From Styela clava (lineage: Eukaryota), in contig NC_135260.1 of NCBI RefSeq assembly GCF_964204865.1, forward strand, positions 15,770,478-15,834,477: 64,000 nucleotides of DNA, in the 5' to 3' direction. The notes below the pieces were generated by a model that did no database searches, was not told where the DNA came from, and worked only from the letters and a program-made list of their open reading frames with translations. The position numbers and the translations under genes are program-made. Position 1 is the first letter of the stretch. Every line of letters begins with the position of its first letter. Positions 26,420-39,393 of the stretch are shown piece after piece.

Positions 26420-26900
26420 CGTCTACGGGTGAAAATGTACATGGGTGCAAATGTACGTGGGTGTAAATGTACGCGGGTGCAAAAGTATGTGGGTGCAAAA
26501 GTACATGGGTGTAAGTGTACGCGAGTGCAAAAGCACGTGGGAGCAAATGTACGCTGGTTCAAATGTGTGCGAGTGCATATGTCCAATGGTGCAAATGTCC
26601 GCGGGTTCAAATGTACCGGGTGCAAATGTACATGGGTTCAAATGTCCGTAAGTGCAAATGTTTTTGGGTACAAATATCCATGGGTGCAAATGTTCATGGG
26701 TGAAGCAAAAATCTGCAGGTGCAAATGTATGGGTGCAATTGTTTATGAGTTCAAATGTTCGTATGCAGTATGCAAGTGAAATTGTCCTGGGTGCAAATTA
26801 CAGGTTCAAATGTTCGGGTGCAAATGTAAGTATGCAGATGAAATTGTCCTGGGTGCAAATCATTTGTTCAAATGTACGGGTGCAAATATAAGTGGGTTCA
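26420..26900 (+). repeat. Minisatellite of about 28 degenerate tandem copies of a 17-bp unit, GTGCAAATGTACGTGGG. An inverted partial copy lies at 26113–26140 and direct copies at 26230–26275.
   Basis: Visible periodicity (gtgcaaatgtacgtgggtgtaaatgtacgcgggtgcaaaagtatgtgggtgcaaaagtacatgggtg…). The unit lacks stop codons in several frames on both strands. This produces track ORFs 26113..26625, 26423..26689, 26429..26779, 26445..26651, 26515..26703 and 26652..26891. Confidence 0.85.
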
Positions 26901-27779
26901 AAGATAATGGAACCAATACTTCTTATACATAATGTATTTTATCTAATGTACTACAATTCTGCAGTGTTTGCATACTAGACTACATAACTCCTACATGACT
27001 TATCATTGCTGCCCAGGTTCTTGTCGTCTCTACTAATTTGGACCAACTGACATCAGTAAAATTGGTTCCTTTCTCCTCTTCCTCACAAACGTGCATTACA
27101 AAAACGATCATTGTTTTCTGAATTAAATATTTTGTAGTCTAGCCTATACATTAGTATAAGCGTAAATATATACTACTACGGTATAAGTCTGCTGAATACT
27201 TGAGAATCGTGATTGGATTATTCATATTCATTATTCACGAGCATGAAAATCCCATATCGTTGTTTGTGGCATATCTTTCTAGGTCTAGCCTTTTTTAAAG
27301 TTACCGCACCGTTTCTATTTAACAACGTTATATGAGCTAGTGTTCAACTTAAATTGCTATCCATGGTAAGAATTTACAGGTGTTTATTAGCTTACTTATA
27401 CTTTTTAACACCGTCTTAGCATAACTTAACTGATAATAACTAAATAAGACGATGGAAAGGCTATTCAACACAAGAGCGAGCAGTTCAAACTGAGATTCAT
27501 CGGACCGCCACCAGCTCATAAAATTTTAATTGTTACGCCACGCAGAAGTCTGCGATCATTGACCAATGTTGCCGGAAACACGGAGAATACAGGACAGATG
27601 GTGGCAAATATTTCTTGTAGTAAAAGCGTCTTTTTCGTAAAACGGGCAACTTTTGGAAATTGGAACAAGGTATTATTTATTACTAAATTTCTACGAAACA
27701 TTTTAAAATTATTTCCAAGTAGTTCTTTTATGTGCGCTACGAAACGGAAAGTTAACGGCCTCGTCTCGCGGCCTAAGTC

Positions 27780-28290
27780 GTCGTAAACGCGATGCGAGTA
27801 CAAACGCACGCCGTACGCGCGTACAATGAGCGAGCCGTTGGCTGGACTATGTAGGTTGCGCTGAACGAGAGCCTGGCCCGAGCGCTAGTCGGCCTAGCCC
27901 TAGCAGAATTATGCCCCTCGCATAGTTATGCCCGGGTTTTAGGCACCACTGCAGGAGGTCGACAGGGCTCTTGTAGACGAAACGCATGGCGCTCTGCTCA
28001 GCATCGCCTGGCAAATGCGTGGATATTGCGGTCAGCGCAGGCGATGGGCTAGGCCGCATACGAAAGCCGCGTCGGCCGACCGCAGCTATCTGATTGATTC
28101 TGCCTAGAGTGATATGCTCGTCTCAATGATTAAGATAGGTAGATGTATAGCGACATCTAGGCCCGGGTCGCGTCGACCGTTGATAGGCCGAGTGGCGTGT
28201 TGACGCGTTTCGATTTTGGTACGTATTCCTGATTGATACTCGATACTTGATTGGTGTATATCTCGCGACACGCATCTCAACTGTAACAAA
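27780..28290. other. Anomalous GC- and CpG-rich island of about 510 bp in an AT-rich context.
   Basis: Dense CpG (cgtaaacgcgatgcgag, cgcacgccgtacgcgcgtac). An inverted pair, cggcctagccc (27886) and gggctaggccg (28043), is present. A palindromic 14-mer, gtcggccgaccgca, occurs at 28067 and again at 29627. No match to rRNA, snRNA or histone motifs that I can recall. Confidence 0.4.
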
Positions 28291-30122
28291 CTACTGCCTC
28301 AAACTGGGTTAAGTCATCTCACTGTTTCATCGCTATTTTTATATTGTTTTATAATTGCCGCTTTATTTGATGAATACAATGCACAGCCAAAATTTTACAC
28401 GTTTTAAATAGAGACTTGGAAGCTTACAGTCAAGGAACCGCAGTCTCGGCACGCGCCGAGTCATGAAAACACAATACCACGCCCCTACAGAGAGTTAGAG
28501 ATACCTACGTGATCAAGATCCACTTCAACTATTATTATACCTTAAGTGTCGAAGAAGCCGCAAATCAAGGTTCCTAAAGATTTTATTACTGACGAATGGC
28601 TGATTTTAGACTTTTATATTAGCAACAGTTTCCTAGGTTTCGACACATTCGAAATGTTACAACCGACTCCGATCAGAGAGATTTATTTTTTCGTCAACCA
28701 AAATAAAATAACAGCCATCGTTATAAAAAAAATAACAACAAGTATTAAATTAGTTTGGTATAGACAGGAGGTAAAGATACGACCAGACGGTCATCAAAGT
28801 CAGCTCCAGGCCAAGTTGTATGCCGCCAACCATGGTATTATCAACAAGCTCTAAATCTCGTATTAGATAACACTATCGAAAATTTCTGCAATTTCCATAT
28901 AGCACGTGTTCCTCAACCAATAATAGGAGCTGATTTTCGGTCAAAACATGATCTTTTGGTCAGCTTACGCAACTCACGCCTCTTCGACCCAAACTGCTAA
29001 TATCTACATATACGGCAAGAAGTTCATTGACAAATCAATCGCAGCCAACTTCTTTTCACTCAGGCATCAGGGCCACTAGGCACATAGGTTGAAATAATTC
29101 GAAGATTTGAAAATCCCTCGACATGCATCAGTTAGGGCGAAATTCGTGAATTCTTGGATCAGCGGAAGGTGAACTACTGCGAAGTGAAGGAGCTAGTGTC
29201 TAACCTTGGCCGAAAGGTCAGAGTAACCCGTTGAACCACATTCGTGATTGTTTAATTAATTCCCTTGAATGAGGAATTCTCAGTAAGCGGTAATCTGCGT
29301 CCCTGCTCTTTGTACACACACCGCCTGTTGCGGTACTACCGGTACCAAACTTTGCTGTAAACTTTTTGCTTCTTTTCATGATGTAATGTTTGACTTTTTA
29401 TCCTTTATGTATTAATTACTGTTGGACTTAATCATAGATGTCGCTGCTTGTAAACCAGTTTTGGTTTCTCGCGCCACCTTTTGCCCTGAAATGCCAAAAG
29501 TGTATTTTCTTTGCGTGCCGAGAATACGATAAAACTTAATTTGATTTTTAGAGGAAGTAAAATTTATAGCAAGGTTATTCCGCAAGTGAATCCGTGGAAC
29601 GATCATTATCGAATGTAGGCGCCGTCGGCCGACCGCACTTGTCTTTAGGTGCCTTCTGCTTCGTTTGTCGGTGTTTTTGTGTAGTTTTGTGGTGACGTCT
29701 GCGCTTCGATGCCGGGTGAAACGTAGATGATGACTCTCAAAACTGATAATGCAAAAATGAGACACTTGCGGCCGTTAATATACAAGCCTGTATAAAGTCA
29801 GGAACGCACCGTAAACCATTGTACCCACGGGGCTCATTCACCAAAAACAGAGAACGGTTGATAATTCTCAGCGACATAGATAAAAAGTCGGAAGTGGGGC
29901 TTGTCATTTTCAAATACCTCACCATTCATTCGAATATTTTCAAATACTGAAGTTATGCAATTGTATCATTTGTATGCGATTTCTTTTATTTCGATGGGAT
30001 CACTAACTTACCGAAAACGTACTCAGACAGTTCCCTGGGTGTTCAAACACAATAGGAAACACATTTCATCAATACCTCACGAGAAAGAGTCACCTGTCAG
30101 AAGTGGCTTCAATAAAAAAAAT

Positions 30123-30141
30123 GGGGGGGGGGGGGGGGGGG
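30123..30141 (+). repeat. Homopolymer (G)19.
   Basis: atgggggggggggggggggggttcatc. Confidence 0.9.
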
Positions 30142-30941
30142 TTCATCTAAAATTTAGATTCTATACCACTGACGGGCGACAAAAACTGGATAGCGCCAAT
30201 TCGAAATTTTTGTTCAAGTCGATTCGAAATGCCCATCCTCTTCAGGGGTATATGTTGGAATGTAGACATCAACCCGCATCGACCTTGCTTCATCATCTTA
30301 TGTTATCTGGCGATCAATCACATGATAATTGAATAGAAATGAACGTCCGACCTGCATCTCATTAAAGTTGCAATATAATAAGTTCACCTTCTGATAACAC
30401 TCTCTACAATCTGGACTAGACATTTTAATTTTTATCAGTATATGAAATAAAAATTCCAACAGATTTTCATCAGTTAAAAGTAACTCATGATGATACTATT
30501 GGTATTTCGAGCTATGTCACTTCCGAATTTTTTTCAGTGAGATAATTATGTTTAACTTTGGACAAGCACAATACAATAAACACACTTGAATATTTATTAT
30601 CTACAACATAACCTATATCGGTTGAGAATAAATGTGCTAAAGAGTAACTAGTATAATAGAACTTGTATACAAATTAAGTTGAAAACAGGTTCTAATCTAG
30701 ATGGGCACATTCAAGCTGTGCTTTGCCTGTCGTGTCGTGCATAGAAAATATACATTGTGGAAAGGGTTAAGATAGATAGGTCACCGTTACATGATCGAAA
30801 TAAGAAACTAAAAATGAACAAAGTAACATCTTATTTAATAGTGCACTGTTGATTAAAATTGTTGATACGTCATACATGGGAGAGATTATGTGTTTGAAGC
30901 TACAGTAATATTTGACAACTACTATTCAACTGTATTGGAAA

Positions 30942-33554
30942 TCACTCGTCATCATCTTCATCTTGTCGTGTTCTCACAACAGCAGAAGACTGAAAACCTT
31001 GACTGCCAATCAAACCATGAGCAGTGTTGAAAAGATTTATTGGAGAATTTCCATCGGTTATCAGAGTTGATGTTAAACCGAGGGCCTTCAGCATTTTCAC
31101 TTGCATATCTGGTCCGGCAGAAGCAATTTTGCAAATAGTATCCGGTCCGATGGTTTCAACCATATTTTTGAATTTTTCTGTCTCGATATCACCTAACTGC
31201 TTCTGTTTCTTTACTTCCAATTCGTCCTGCTCACGAGAATATTTCAGTTCTGCATCACGGGCTGCGGTCAAGCGCTCTAACTCAGATGTTGAATCGATTC
31301 GTGCTGCCTCTGCTTTGAGTTTTGCTTGGTCTACAGCAGCTTGACCTTCAATTCGAGCAGCTTCTGCTCTTGATTGTGCTTCTGCCTTAGCTTGCCCTGT
31401 GCTTTCAATTGCAGCACTCAATGATTGAAGTTCCAGAAGATCTCTTCTGGACCGTTCAGCCTCTGCTTCATCAGTAATCTTTTGACGTTCAAGTCTGCCT
31501 CTTGCTTCCTGCTCTGCCCTTTCTGCTTCATGACGTGCAGTCGCTTCCTGGGAGTTTGTTGTGATTTCAATAGCAAGTTGAACAGATTTCACCAGAGCAT
31601 CTCGGGTTCTTTGGTCCACAGGTTCAACGGACTGGATATCGATAGAAGTTATAGTCAGCCCATTTTGTGGGAAAACGAACTTGTCACGAACTTTTCCTTT
31701 TTCATCTACGCCAAATACAGAAGACCTAATGATACGAGATGAATTCTTATGAAAATCATCGAAAGTGACAGAAGCAACAGCCCCTCTTACACGAGATGCA
31801 ATTGCCTTGCAACAATCTCCCACAAAATCAGGTACACTGAATAATTTTGCAGCATCTTTCTGGTCTTTTCGGGCATTGTCTGTATCAAAATACCAATTAT
31901 ATGCAAGTTGCAATGAGAGACGTGCATGGTCAGCAGTTTCAATGGTAATGACATCAGTACAAAAATCTGGTCCAAGAAGCAACGCAAGCGACCTAATGAC
32001 ATTCGGACGTTTTGGTTTTCCACCCGAGAGCGACAATTGCGTGAATTGCTCATCAGGATTGAGCATCACAAGCTCAGGTCCGAATATCACTCGTGCTTTC
32101 TTTTCCTTGTAATCATAAATTTGTACACAAGCATTATGAGGAACTCTATAAGAAACTACTCTTGTTTTATCACGACGTAATTGAGAGGGGCCTTTGTTTC
32201 CTTTCTCCCACATCCCTCTGTCAGCCGAAGGATCGATAGCTGATGTCACTAGTGCCTCAACATTGGGAGGAAGCTCTTTCTCCCAAAGTTCTTCATCATG
32301 GGTCAACATGTAAGTGCGGCCACAAACAGCTCGAACTTTACCAGTTTTTAGGTCACGTATGTATATACCTTCATTTTCATCGAGAGAAATTGCACTTCTT
32401 TTAGCAAATACATTGACCTCAACGGATGGAACATATTCGGTGGGTCCTCGGATCATCCACTTGTCTCCTGGCTTGCGCTGTATTTCATTGCTATCATCAA
32501 AATGAGCTTCTTTTGCTTGTAATATAAGGCCCTGATCTTCTCCAAGCACATAAACATCCTGAATGCCTTTCTCTAATTTTTCACCAGGTTGAAGGAAAAA
32601 AGATGCTTCTCCTTTCACAAGTTTGCGCTTGCCAAGTTGGTTCTTTCCATCATCTTCTGAAACTGGGTCAACTATCACACAATATTGTCTACTGTTCAAA
32701 GTAGTTATATCAACAACACCTAAGACTTCTTCATGAACATCTGGAATATGAGATTCCGTGTCCGACATACGAATTAACCATTCTTCTCCATTCTTTCGTT
32801 TCACATTCAAAAAGTCTGTGAAGGTACGACTCGCTTTCATATGCAAAGCTTTCTTTTCAGTAAGAACATATGCCTCCACAAGTTCGACAACTTCTTCATA
32901 GGTTCCGGGTAAATATGCTCCAACTTTTTTAATTATCCACTCCTCCCCAGTCACACGCTCAGTGCCATCCCGATCAACTGTTTCTTTTCTCGCACGCAAT
33001 TTTATTGCTTGATTTTTGCGAATCACTGTGGCTCTGATAGTCTCCTCTACCAGAACCTCTTTGCGTGGAATGTAGGTACCTGGTCCTTCAAATAACCATT
33101 CGTCACCAGCCACTCTCTTAACATCACCGTCAGTAAAATCAAGTTCCGCTCTCATACGCAACGCAGAATTTGCAGGGACAATACGCAGTGCACAAACAGC
33201 AGATTTTAAAATTTCACCAGGATAAAGTGGGAAGGGATCCTGAGCCAAACGAATCTCTCTATCAGCATAGCTGAGCTTTGCCTGACCAGACTGGTCATAC
33301 TGAACTTCACCTTCTTTATTTCTTACAACAGGATTTTCTATGGTGCAATAATGACGAGGTGGAATCGTAATCATACGCTCCGGTCCATATATGACTCTTT
33401 CATTATCTTGCCGAATGTAGGTTTTAGGCCCAAGCTCCAACTTTGTTACATTGGTGTTCTGGTCCAAAACATGGATGTAGAAATAAGGCGGAATTCTGTA
33501 AAGTGCTTCATCCTGGCCGGACATGTTAGCAAATGAAGGTGCTTTCTTACTCAT
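30942..33554 (-). CDS. MVP: Major vault protein: a single uninterrupted ORF of 870 aa with no introns. The true start may be the second ATG at 33524 ([22 protein letters not shown]).
   Basis: Collinear with human MVP along the whole length: the [13 protein letters not shown]…[14 protein letters not shown]-terminal motifs, the vault repeats, the shoulder region, and the C-terminal coiled coil ([17 protein letters not shown]…AEAARIEGQ…LKAEA). ATTAAA lies about 110 nt after the stop. A TATA-like TATATATA sits about 40 bp upstream of the ATG. Confidence 0.93.
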   Translation of the reverse strand: MSKKAPSFANMSGQDEALYRIPPYFYIHVLDQNTNVTKLELGPKTYIRQDNERVIYGPERMITIPPRHYCTIENPVVRNKEGEVQYDQSGQAKLSYADREIRLAQDPFPLYPGEILKSAVCALRIVPANSALRMRAELDFTDGDVKRVAGDEWLFEGPGTYIPRKEVLVEETIRATVIRKNQAIKLRARKETVDRDGTERVTGEEWIIKKVGAYLPGTYEEVVELVEAYVLTEKKALHMKASRTFTDFLNVKRKNGEEWLIRMSDTESHIPDVHEEVLGVVDITTLNSRQYCVIVDPVSEDDGKNQLGKRKLVKGEASFFLQPGEKLEKGIQDVYVLGEDQGLILQAKEAHFDDSNEIQRKPGDKWMIRGPTEYVPSVEVNVFAKRSAISLDENEGIYIRDLKTGKVRAVCGRTYMLTHDEELWEKELPPNVEALVTSAIDPSADRGMWEKGNKGPSQLRRDKTRVVSYRVPHNACVQIYDYKEKKARVIFGPELVMLNPDEQFTQLSLSGGKPKRPNVIRSLALLLGPDFCTDVITIETADHARLSLQLAYNWYFDTDNARKDQKDAAKLFSVPDFVGDCCKAIASRVRGAVASVTFDDFHKNSSRIIRSSVFGVDEKGKVRDKFVFPQNGLTITSIDIQSVEPVDQRTRDALVKSVQLAIEITTNSQEATARHEAERAEQEARGRLERQKITDEAEAERSRRDLLELQSLSAAIESTGQAKAEAQSRAEAARIEGQAAVDQAKLKAEAARIDSTSELERLTAARDAELKYSREQDELEVKKQKQLGDIETEKFKNMVETIGPDTICKIASAGPDMQVKMLKALGLTSTLITDGNSPINLFNTAHGLIGSQGFQSSAVVRTRQDEDDDE

Positions 33555-36034
33555 TTTGAGTTTTACAAATACCTATACAGACTGTAAATATATATAAGGA
33601 TTAAAGATACAGTATTTTCAATTTTTGTTTGGTAAATTGGTACCAATCTTTTAATTTACTTAGCGAGACATCTATGACTAATTTTAACGTTTTCCTTTGC
33701 TATTTATTACATATATGAAAATATGTTGGAAACAGAAAACAATAATATAACATCAGAAAATCACTACGGCTGTACGGCGCTAAAAGCAAACAAAATACCA
33801 GATTCTCAGTACATGAATTCACTTTGATAGCATGAAAACTTATATTACTGTATTACTAAATTGGATAAGGGTGATACAATAAAATCGGGGTCTTTGGAAG
33901 TTTTTTTAGAATCATGACATGAAAATTAATGCAATTATTTGTGTTCTGCTTCACTGTGTTCTGAAGAAATTCCAGAACAAAAATTGCCTCATCTCAGCTA
34001 AGGTGGTGTGAACCTGATTTGCCAAAGTCAGATAGTTGCATGCTGATAAAGTACAAGTAGTATACAGATTTAAAAATTAAATGATATACATCTGTGTGAG
34101 ATAATGTGAATTGCATCAACATTGACTAATAAAGGTTTATTCTTTCCAAAAGCAAAGCACAATTAATACAGTAATTTCATTGAGAAAAAATCATCCTGTT
34201 ACTTGTCAAGGAGCATCTATATTTATTTTTGTTCTTTTTTTATGCACAAACATGTGTTTACGCAAAAACAAAACTATTTCCTAAAAAAGCCAATCAACAG
34301 ACAAACCAATGTTTTCTCATAAACCATTTCTCTTCATTCTCACATCTGAATTAACAGAAGTTTTGCAAATATTGTTTCCAGGTAACTAAACTCTTTTCAT
34401 TTAATTTTTAATTAAATGAAAACTACTGTTATTGCTGTATTGCTTGCAGTTTAACAACTGAACAACATGAATTGAACAGAATTATAATCATATCATTTTG
34501 ATTGATTGAAGTTGATTTCATTTTTTCAAGTATTCGCTTACAACATGAACACCGGCCACAGTTTGCCTCAAGTATTCTTTTTTAGGAAGCACTGTATCAC
34601 AATTCTGATGATTTGTTTCACCATTCTGGAATCAAGTTCTATTAAGTGGTCTAGTGACTAGTCCACATCTTCCTGCACCTAACTTCGATTTGACTTCATG
34701 TAACTACTGAACTATACCGGTAACCACAGAATCAGCTTTGATATCTTTTTTGATAAATATTTTTCTTTACCGTTCACAAAATCTATATTTACTGATTTAA
34801 TTTGGCAATGATTATAAAATTATTAATATGGTGTGACAAAGAACTTTTATCATTTAGTTTTTTATTAATTTACTACAGTACAGCAGTACCGGTACCACTG
34901 TACCATGTAATTTATTCAAGGTTTTTGTGTATTACTTCCTTATATCTCTCTGTTTGTGAGTGTGAATTAATTTAAGACTTTTCCGGTGAGTGAACACGTA
35001 CCGTTACGGTACGGTACCACTTCTTTTGGCAAAACCTTCCAACTTAAATCTGTACGCTAAAAACCTTACTCAAAGTATTGTTTGCCCCTCTGATTCTATA
35101 ATCCTGTAATCAGTTTTTACTTTTTTTTGGTAACCATTTTATCGTCTGTTATGCTGATTATGGATTCGAAATAAACTCGTATTTATTATTATACACAGCA
35201 TTATCAGAACAAATATAAAATTAATAATAATTAAGACTATAAAACGTTACACACACAATAACAAATGGCGAACGTTTGACAGCCATTTAACGTTGCGAAC
35301 CGTTACTGTTACAATAATAAGCTTCATGAGCAGAGAATAATAAAAGTCGAACGCGCAATTTATGCCAAGCGCACACTCAATGGAAATAGGATATTATTCA
35401 GGCGAAATTGCTACGTGTGTGCGCTTTCATAAAACGAGGTTATTCATTGCACCATTGTGATGCGACCCACGAAAGGGTATTACCGTTTCTTGCGCACACA
35501 GTAAACAAAAGAAACATCCAAACAAGTTCCTGTAGCAAATATCTATTTGTGATCAAGTATGAGAAGAGCTACGTTTGGTCATTTGAAAAGTTTTAACTCC
35601 AGTCAATGCAATCTACTTCAATTAAAAATTTGGACCATTCAATTGACAACTTCGCAGTTAGTAGCGGGATATAATATAACCACGTGAGGAACACCGTATT
35701 TACTTTATTCTTTGACGTTAACGTTAATATTTACGAATTCAATACGTTTTCCTTAGGTTTTATCGCAGAAACATCTGTCGCCCGTACTAAACAATCGATA
35801 AAACCATAATCGATAAACCCAACTTAACTAAAAACTCAACCAATCGACTATAATATGTGTTCTTTACATTATATCTCAACAAGGTGGCCCAGCACACTTT
35901 ACAGCTGTCGTAATGTTGGTAAATCTAAATTGAACGGAATTCGGAATTACGCATGAAGTTAGTTACATCCACCCACTGGAGTTTACCAAACACTTCGACA
36001 AGCAACGTCATATCCTTCCTTTGTATATTACGTG

Positions 36035-36140
36035 TGATCTCAGTCATTTTAGTATTAAGCCAACCCCATATACTGAAGTGGCACCATAGTTAGTGCCACT
36101 ATGGTATGCGATTGAGATCACGCAAAGCACGTGAGATCAC
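36035..36140. repeat. Palindromic hairpin, MITE-like, of about 100 bp.
   Basis: gtgtgatctcagtc…gtggcaccatagttagtgccactatggt…gattgagatcacgc. Both the outer arms (gtgatctca / tgagatcac) and the inner arms (ccatagt / actatgg) are inverted repeats. Confidence 0.6.
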
Positions 36141-38453
36141 ATACCAAAGTAGTTTTCGACGCTGGGATATCATAACAAAGTGGTACCCAAGACTGTTAGT
36201 TTACTAATCATGAATGTAAAAATTAGCCGTTTTATCCATTGTTATTTTTCCCTTCCAAATATCATTTCAGAAAATTAACTTATTCTCGTTTTAAATTACT
36301 AGATTCAATGCTTCCAGATGATATTGGAATTTTTCCTTTAGTGCAACAATATTCACAGCGAAATCAATTGCACTGTAGCGAGTGCACAGTGGTTACTACG
36401 GATTTTAATGATATTTAACCACTTTGTCTTATTTATATGTTAAAATGTGAAGAAATTATGCCGTTACACACTGTTTTCTTTTGGTGATTTACACGCTTTC
36501 AAGCAAGCATTCCTTGTATGACACCTGCGTGCTGCGATATTTTAGTAGGCTATTACAGTATATAGGCTGTATAGTAAAAGGGTGATTTTCTGTTACAAAT
36601 ATATATATATATATATATTTAAGCACTAACGATCAAGACTGGTTGTACAGCGAGGGTGTCATGGGGAGATTTATATTCAAGTCGATAGCACGTAGTGAAC
36701 TTGTATTGGATGCCATGGGTACTGGTGTTATTCACTACGAGATGAAAAACCAGTGCATCGTCGCGTATTCGCAATCATGAATCCCCACTTCCCCAGTGGT
36801 TTTATTTAGTTTTCCACAAAGCATGGAACCCCGTGTTGCCCATCAAGGTTTTGAGCCAATATGTCTCGTTTTTCTCAAAGTAGCATTCAGATGTCAAGAC
36901 CTACTGCTCCAAATATGTGAGTAGGCCTAACTGTTTCGACCCTGTCAATGTCTCGTTTCACACTTTTGGTTTTGTGTTTTTTAGGCCTAACCTGTACATT
37001 TCGTACCAATTTGTGCATTGGTGTCGTCGATTTCCCATCCTAAGTCGTTTCCAGGATTAGAGATATGTTTTCATCTCCTTCATTTACAGGATTTCAACCC
37101 CCCGTCATCATATAGACAAAGGTTTTCGGTCTCACCAAAAATACTTCCTAACCTGCTTCTTGCATATCAATGACTGCTAATAAGAGCCTTCTTGAAATGA
37201 AAGCTTCAATAAACAAAAAAACGGATTTTTGGCAAACTGAATACTTATAAGAGAGCATTTAAGCAATATGATGGAAAAATATTTACACGAATGAATTACA
37301 TATATATAGAATATATATATAGCTTTTTTATGATGCGTTAGAATATATTTATTTTTTCAATTTGATTATTATTAAATTATTAATTTATAGGATTAAATGC
37401 GAATAACAATTTTTCTAGCACAATCACAATCGGAGCTGTTTTACTGCTACAAAGCACAAAGCATTGATGTTTCACTTATGTCAATTTTAGTTTTAGTCAT
37501 TAGTTTCATTAAAACTTCTTCATGGATGATTGAATACCACTTTACAAATACAGTCGCTTAGTTGTAATACTTAAAATGAAATTTTTAAATATATATATAC
37601 CACTTTTTTAAATTTGCAAATCCTTCGTAGCGAGTAAATAAAGAAAGTTAGGCCTGCTGTGTATTTCAATACCTTTCATCATCTATTGTTAACAGTGCAT
37701 GTTATTTGCCTGAATCAAGGTCGTTTCCCCAATTCAATATCTTTATGATATATTTGTGCAACATTTTATGCGCAAAAGTTGATTACGTATTTTCCCTCGC
37801 TCGAGTGTTGCTTGTCTTTGTTTTATGGTTTTTAGTTAGTTACAAGTTTGGTTTCATCACATATACTTGCGTTAACGTTTCAAGCTTATTTTGTTATCTG
37901 TTATTTGGATTTATTCGATTGTCCAACCTTCTAGAATATACAATCTATTGTGTTTTTATTGATCTCTGAAAGAGTTCAGATATGATTTGCTCCGCTAAAG
38001 TACCTTAAATAGTAGCCTACTGGGGTAAGGACACTCAGATGGGAACATTTTTATATAGCATATATATTTTCATTATATTGGTGAATGAAAAATAAAGTTA
38101 ATGTATCATTGCAGTAATTGTATATGAAAGAATTCTAAATTTTGAATATATGTATATATATATTGAGAGTTAACCTTGAAATATTACCCTATAATTTCTT
38201 TTTAAATACAATACATATTACACTTTAAATTAGTTTTCACATATTTTGAATGTACGTCGTCTCGCACTGCATTCGTGACCTAAATCAATTTTAGCGGTCT
38301 GCCTAGCGTATGTCGAATGATGGAATAGTACTGATACGTTTTGAGTATAGGGCTAGATTGTATTTTTGTCACTGTATCTTATGTTTATTTTTTCCTTTAT
38401 TGATGGTCCCAAATTTTGAAGTAATTATCAGTAACTTCAATCTTTTATTTTAC

Positions 38454-38663
38454 TTAGTTATTACTGGGATCTATTTGATCGAATAGTGAATTAGTATGTC
38501 TTTTTATTACTTCCCAGCAATTCTTCACCGCATTCTCGTCACATGCTATAACTCCCACTGACACACGAAGAAAATAGATTCCTTCAACTTCCGACGATAT
38601 GAAATGAATTTCTCTGGAATCGTTTATCTGTCTCAAAAGACGATCGTTGATATCTCTGTTTTT
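38454..38663 (-). CDS. DDC: DDC-like exon 11 (last): KNRDINDRLLRQINDSREIHFISSEVEGIYFLRVSVGVIACDENAVKNCWEVIKRHTNSLFDQIDPSNN, then stop.
   Basis: Acceptor gattaacag|AAA, phase 0. Matches human [54 protein letters not shown]. The assembled CDS is 1521 nt (506 aa). Confidence 0.78.
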   Translation of the reverse strand, partial: KNRDINDRLLRQINDSREIHFISSEVEGIYFLRVSVGVIACDENAVKNCWEVIKRHTNSLFDQIDPSNN

Positions 38664-38986
38664 CTGTTAATCAAAAATATAGCAAAGTTTACTACTTTTT
38701 CAATTGTAAATATATTTACCTATAGCATCTGCGCAAGGTAAATCAAAACGCTATTACGCCTCATACAATTCAGAACAACGTATGGCCTCTTCCACACATA
38801 CAAACTTTATATTTGCTCTAGATTCATTACAAGCCAGAAACAAAGCATACATAACTCCACAAACATTTTCCAATGTGATTTGTACTATTCGAAATAATTA
38901 TTATCTCTTGTGAAAAATGGTATCAACAAATCACATTCTCACATACGACAATCTCCCTTCCTAATCATAATGAATTATCGAGATAC

Positions 38987-39208
38987 CTTTCTGTCATTTT
39001 TGTATAGTTTGAGTCGAAAACAAACCAGTCCAAGTTCAACGGAAAATACAATTTCAAATCTTTTGTCTTCTAACACATAAGATTCAAACATTTTCGCCAA
39101 CGCTACGTCTTCTCTGATTTTATGTCTCAGTCCTTCGATACCGATAAGTCGAAAAACAAACCAAAGTTTCAATGCACGAAATTTTCTGCCTAGAGGAATT
39201 TGACAATG
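38987..39208 (-). CDS. DDC: DDC-like exon 10: [74 protein letters not shown].
   Basis: Acceptor tttcttccag|CAT. Donor AAG|GTATCT. Matches human [67 protein letters not shown]. Coordinates are anchored to track ORF 38975..39334. Confidence 0.82.
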
Positions 39209-39291
39209 CTGGAAGAAACAAAACTTTGTGATAGTCATATCCGTGAATTTAACGCAAAAGTTTTTTTGCAACATTTGCCACGAATTTCGAA

Positions 39292-39393
39292 GCTCCCGCA
39301 GTATGTACACCAAGATGGCGCACAGCCTGAACATAGTATGTGTACCAGGTTAGGTAGGTTTCAGGTTGTCCGCCATCTTGGTGTACATACCAC
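39292..39393. mobile_element. MITE family A, copy 3 (short, right end partly deleted), in the intron between DDC exons 10 and 9.
   Basis: GCTCCCGCAGTATGTACACCAAGATGGCGCACAGCC…CCGCCATCTTGGTGTACATACCACC. Track ORFs 39200..39418 and 39249..39437 lie inside it. Confidence 0.6.

Noticed and set aside
26113-26891. Six overlapping long ORFs on both strands (up to 170 aa), rich in C, K, H and R
   Set aside because: They coincide exactly with the 17-bp minisatellite. The openness comes from repeat composition, several frames are open at once, and there is no homology or codon periodicity beyond the repeat.
27780-28290. GC-rich island as an rRNA, snRNA, 5S or histone gene
   Set aside because: I compared it by eye with conserved 18S 3', 5.8S, 28S 5', 5S, U1 and U2 sequences and found no match. 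It is kept only as an unexplained island.
31024-33536. Seven plus-strand ORFs of 61–115 aa antisense to MVP
   Set aside because: They are shadow ORFs inside a well-supported 870-codon gene on the opposite strand and have no homology.
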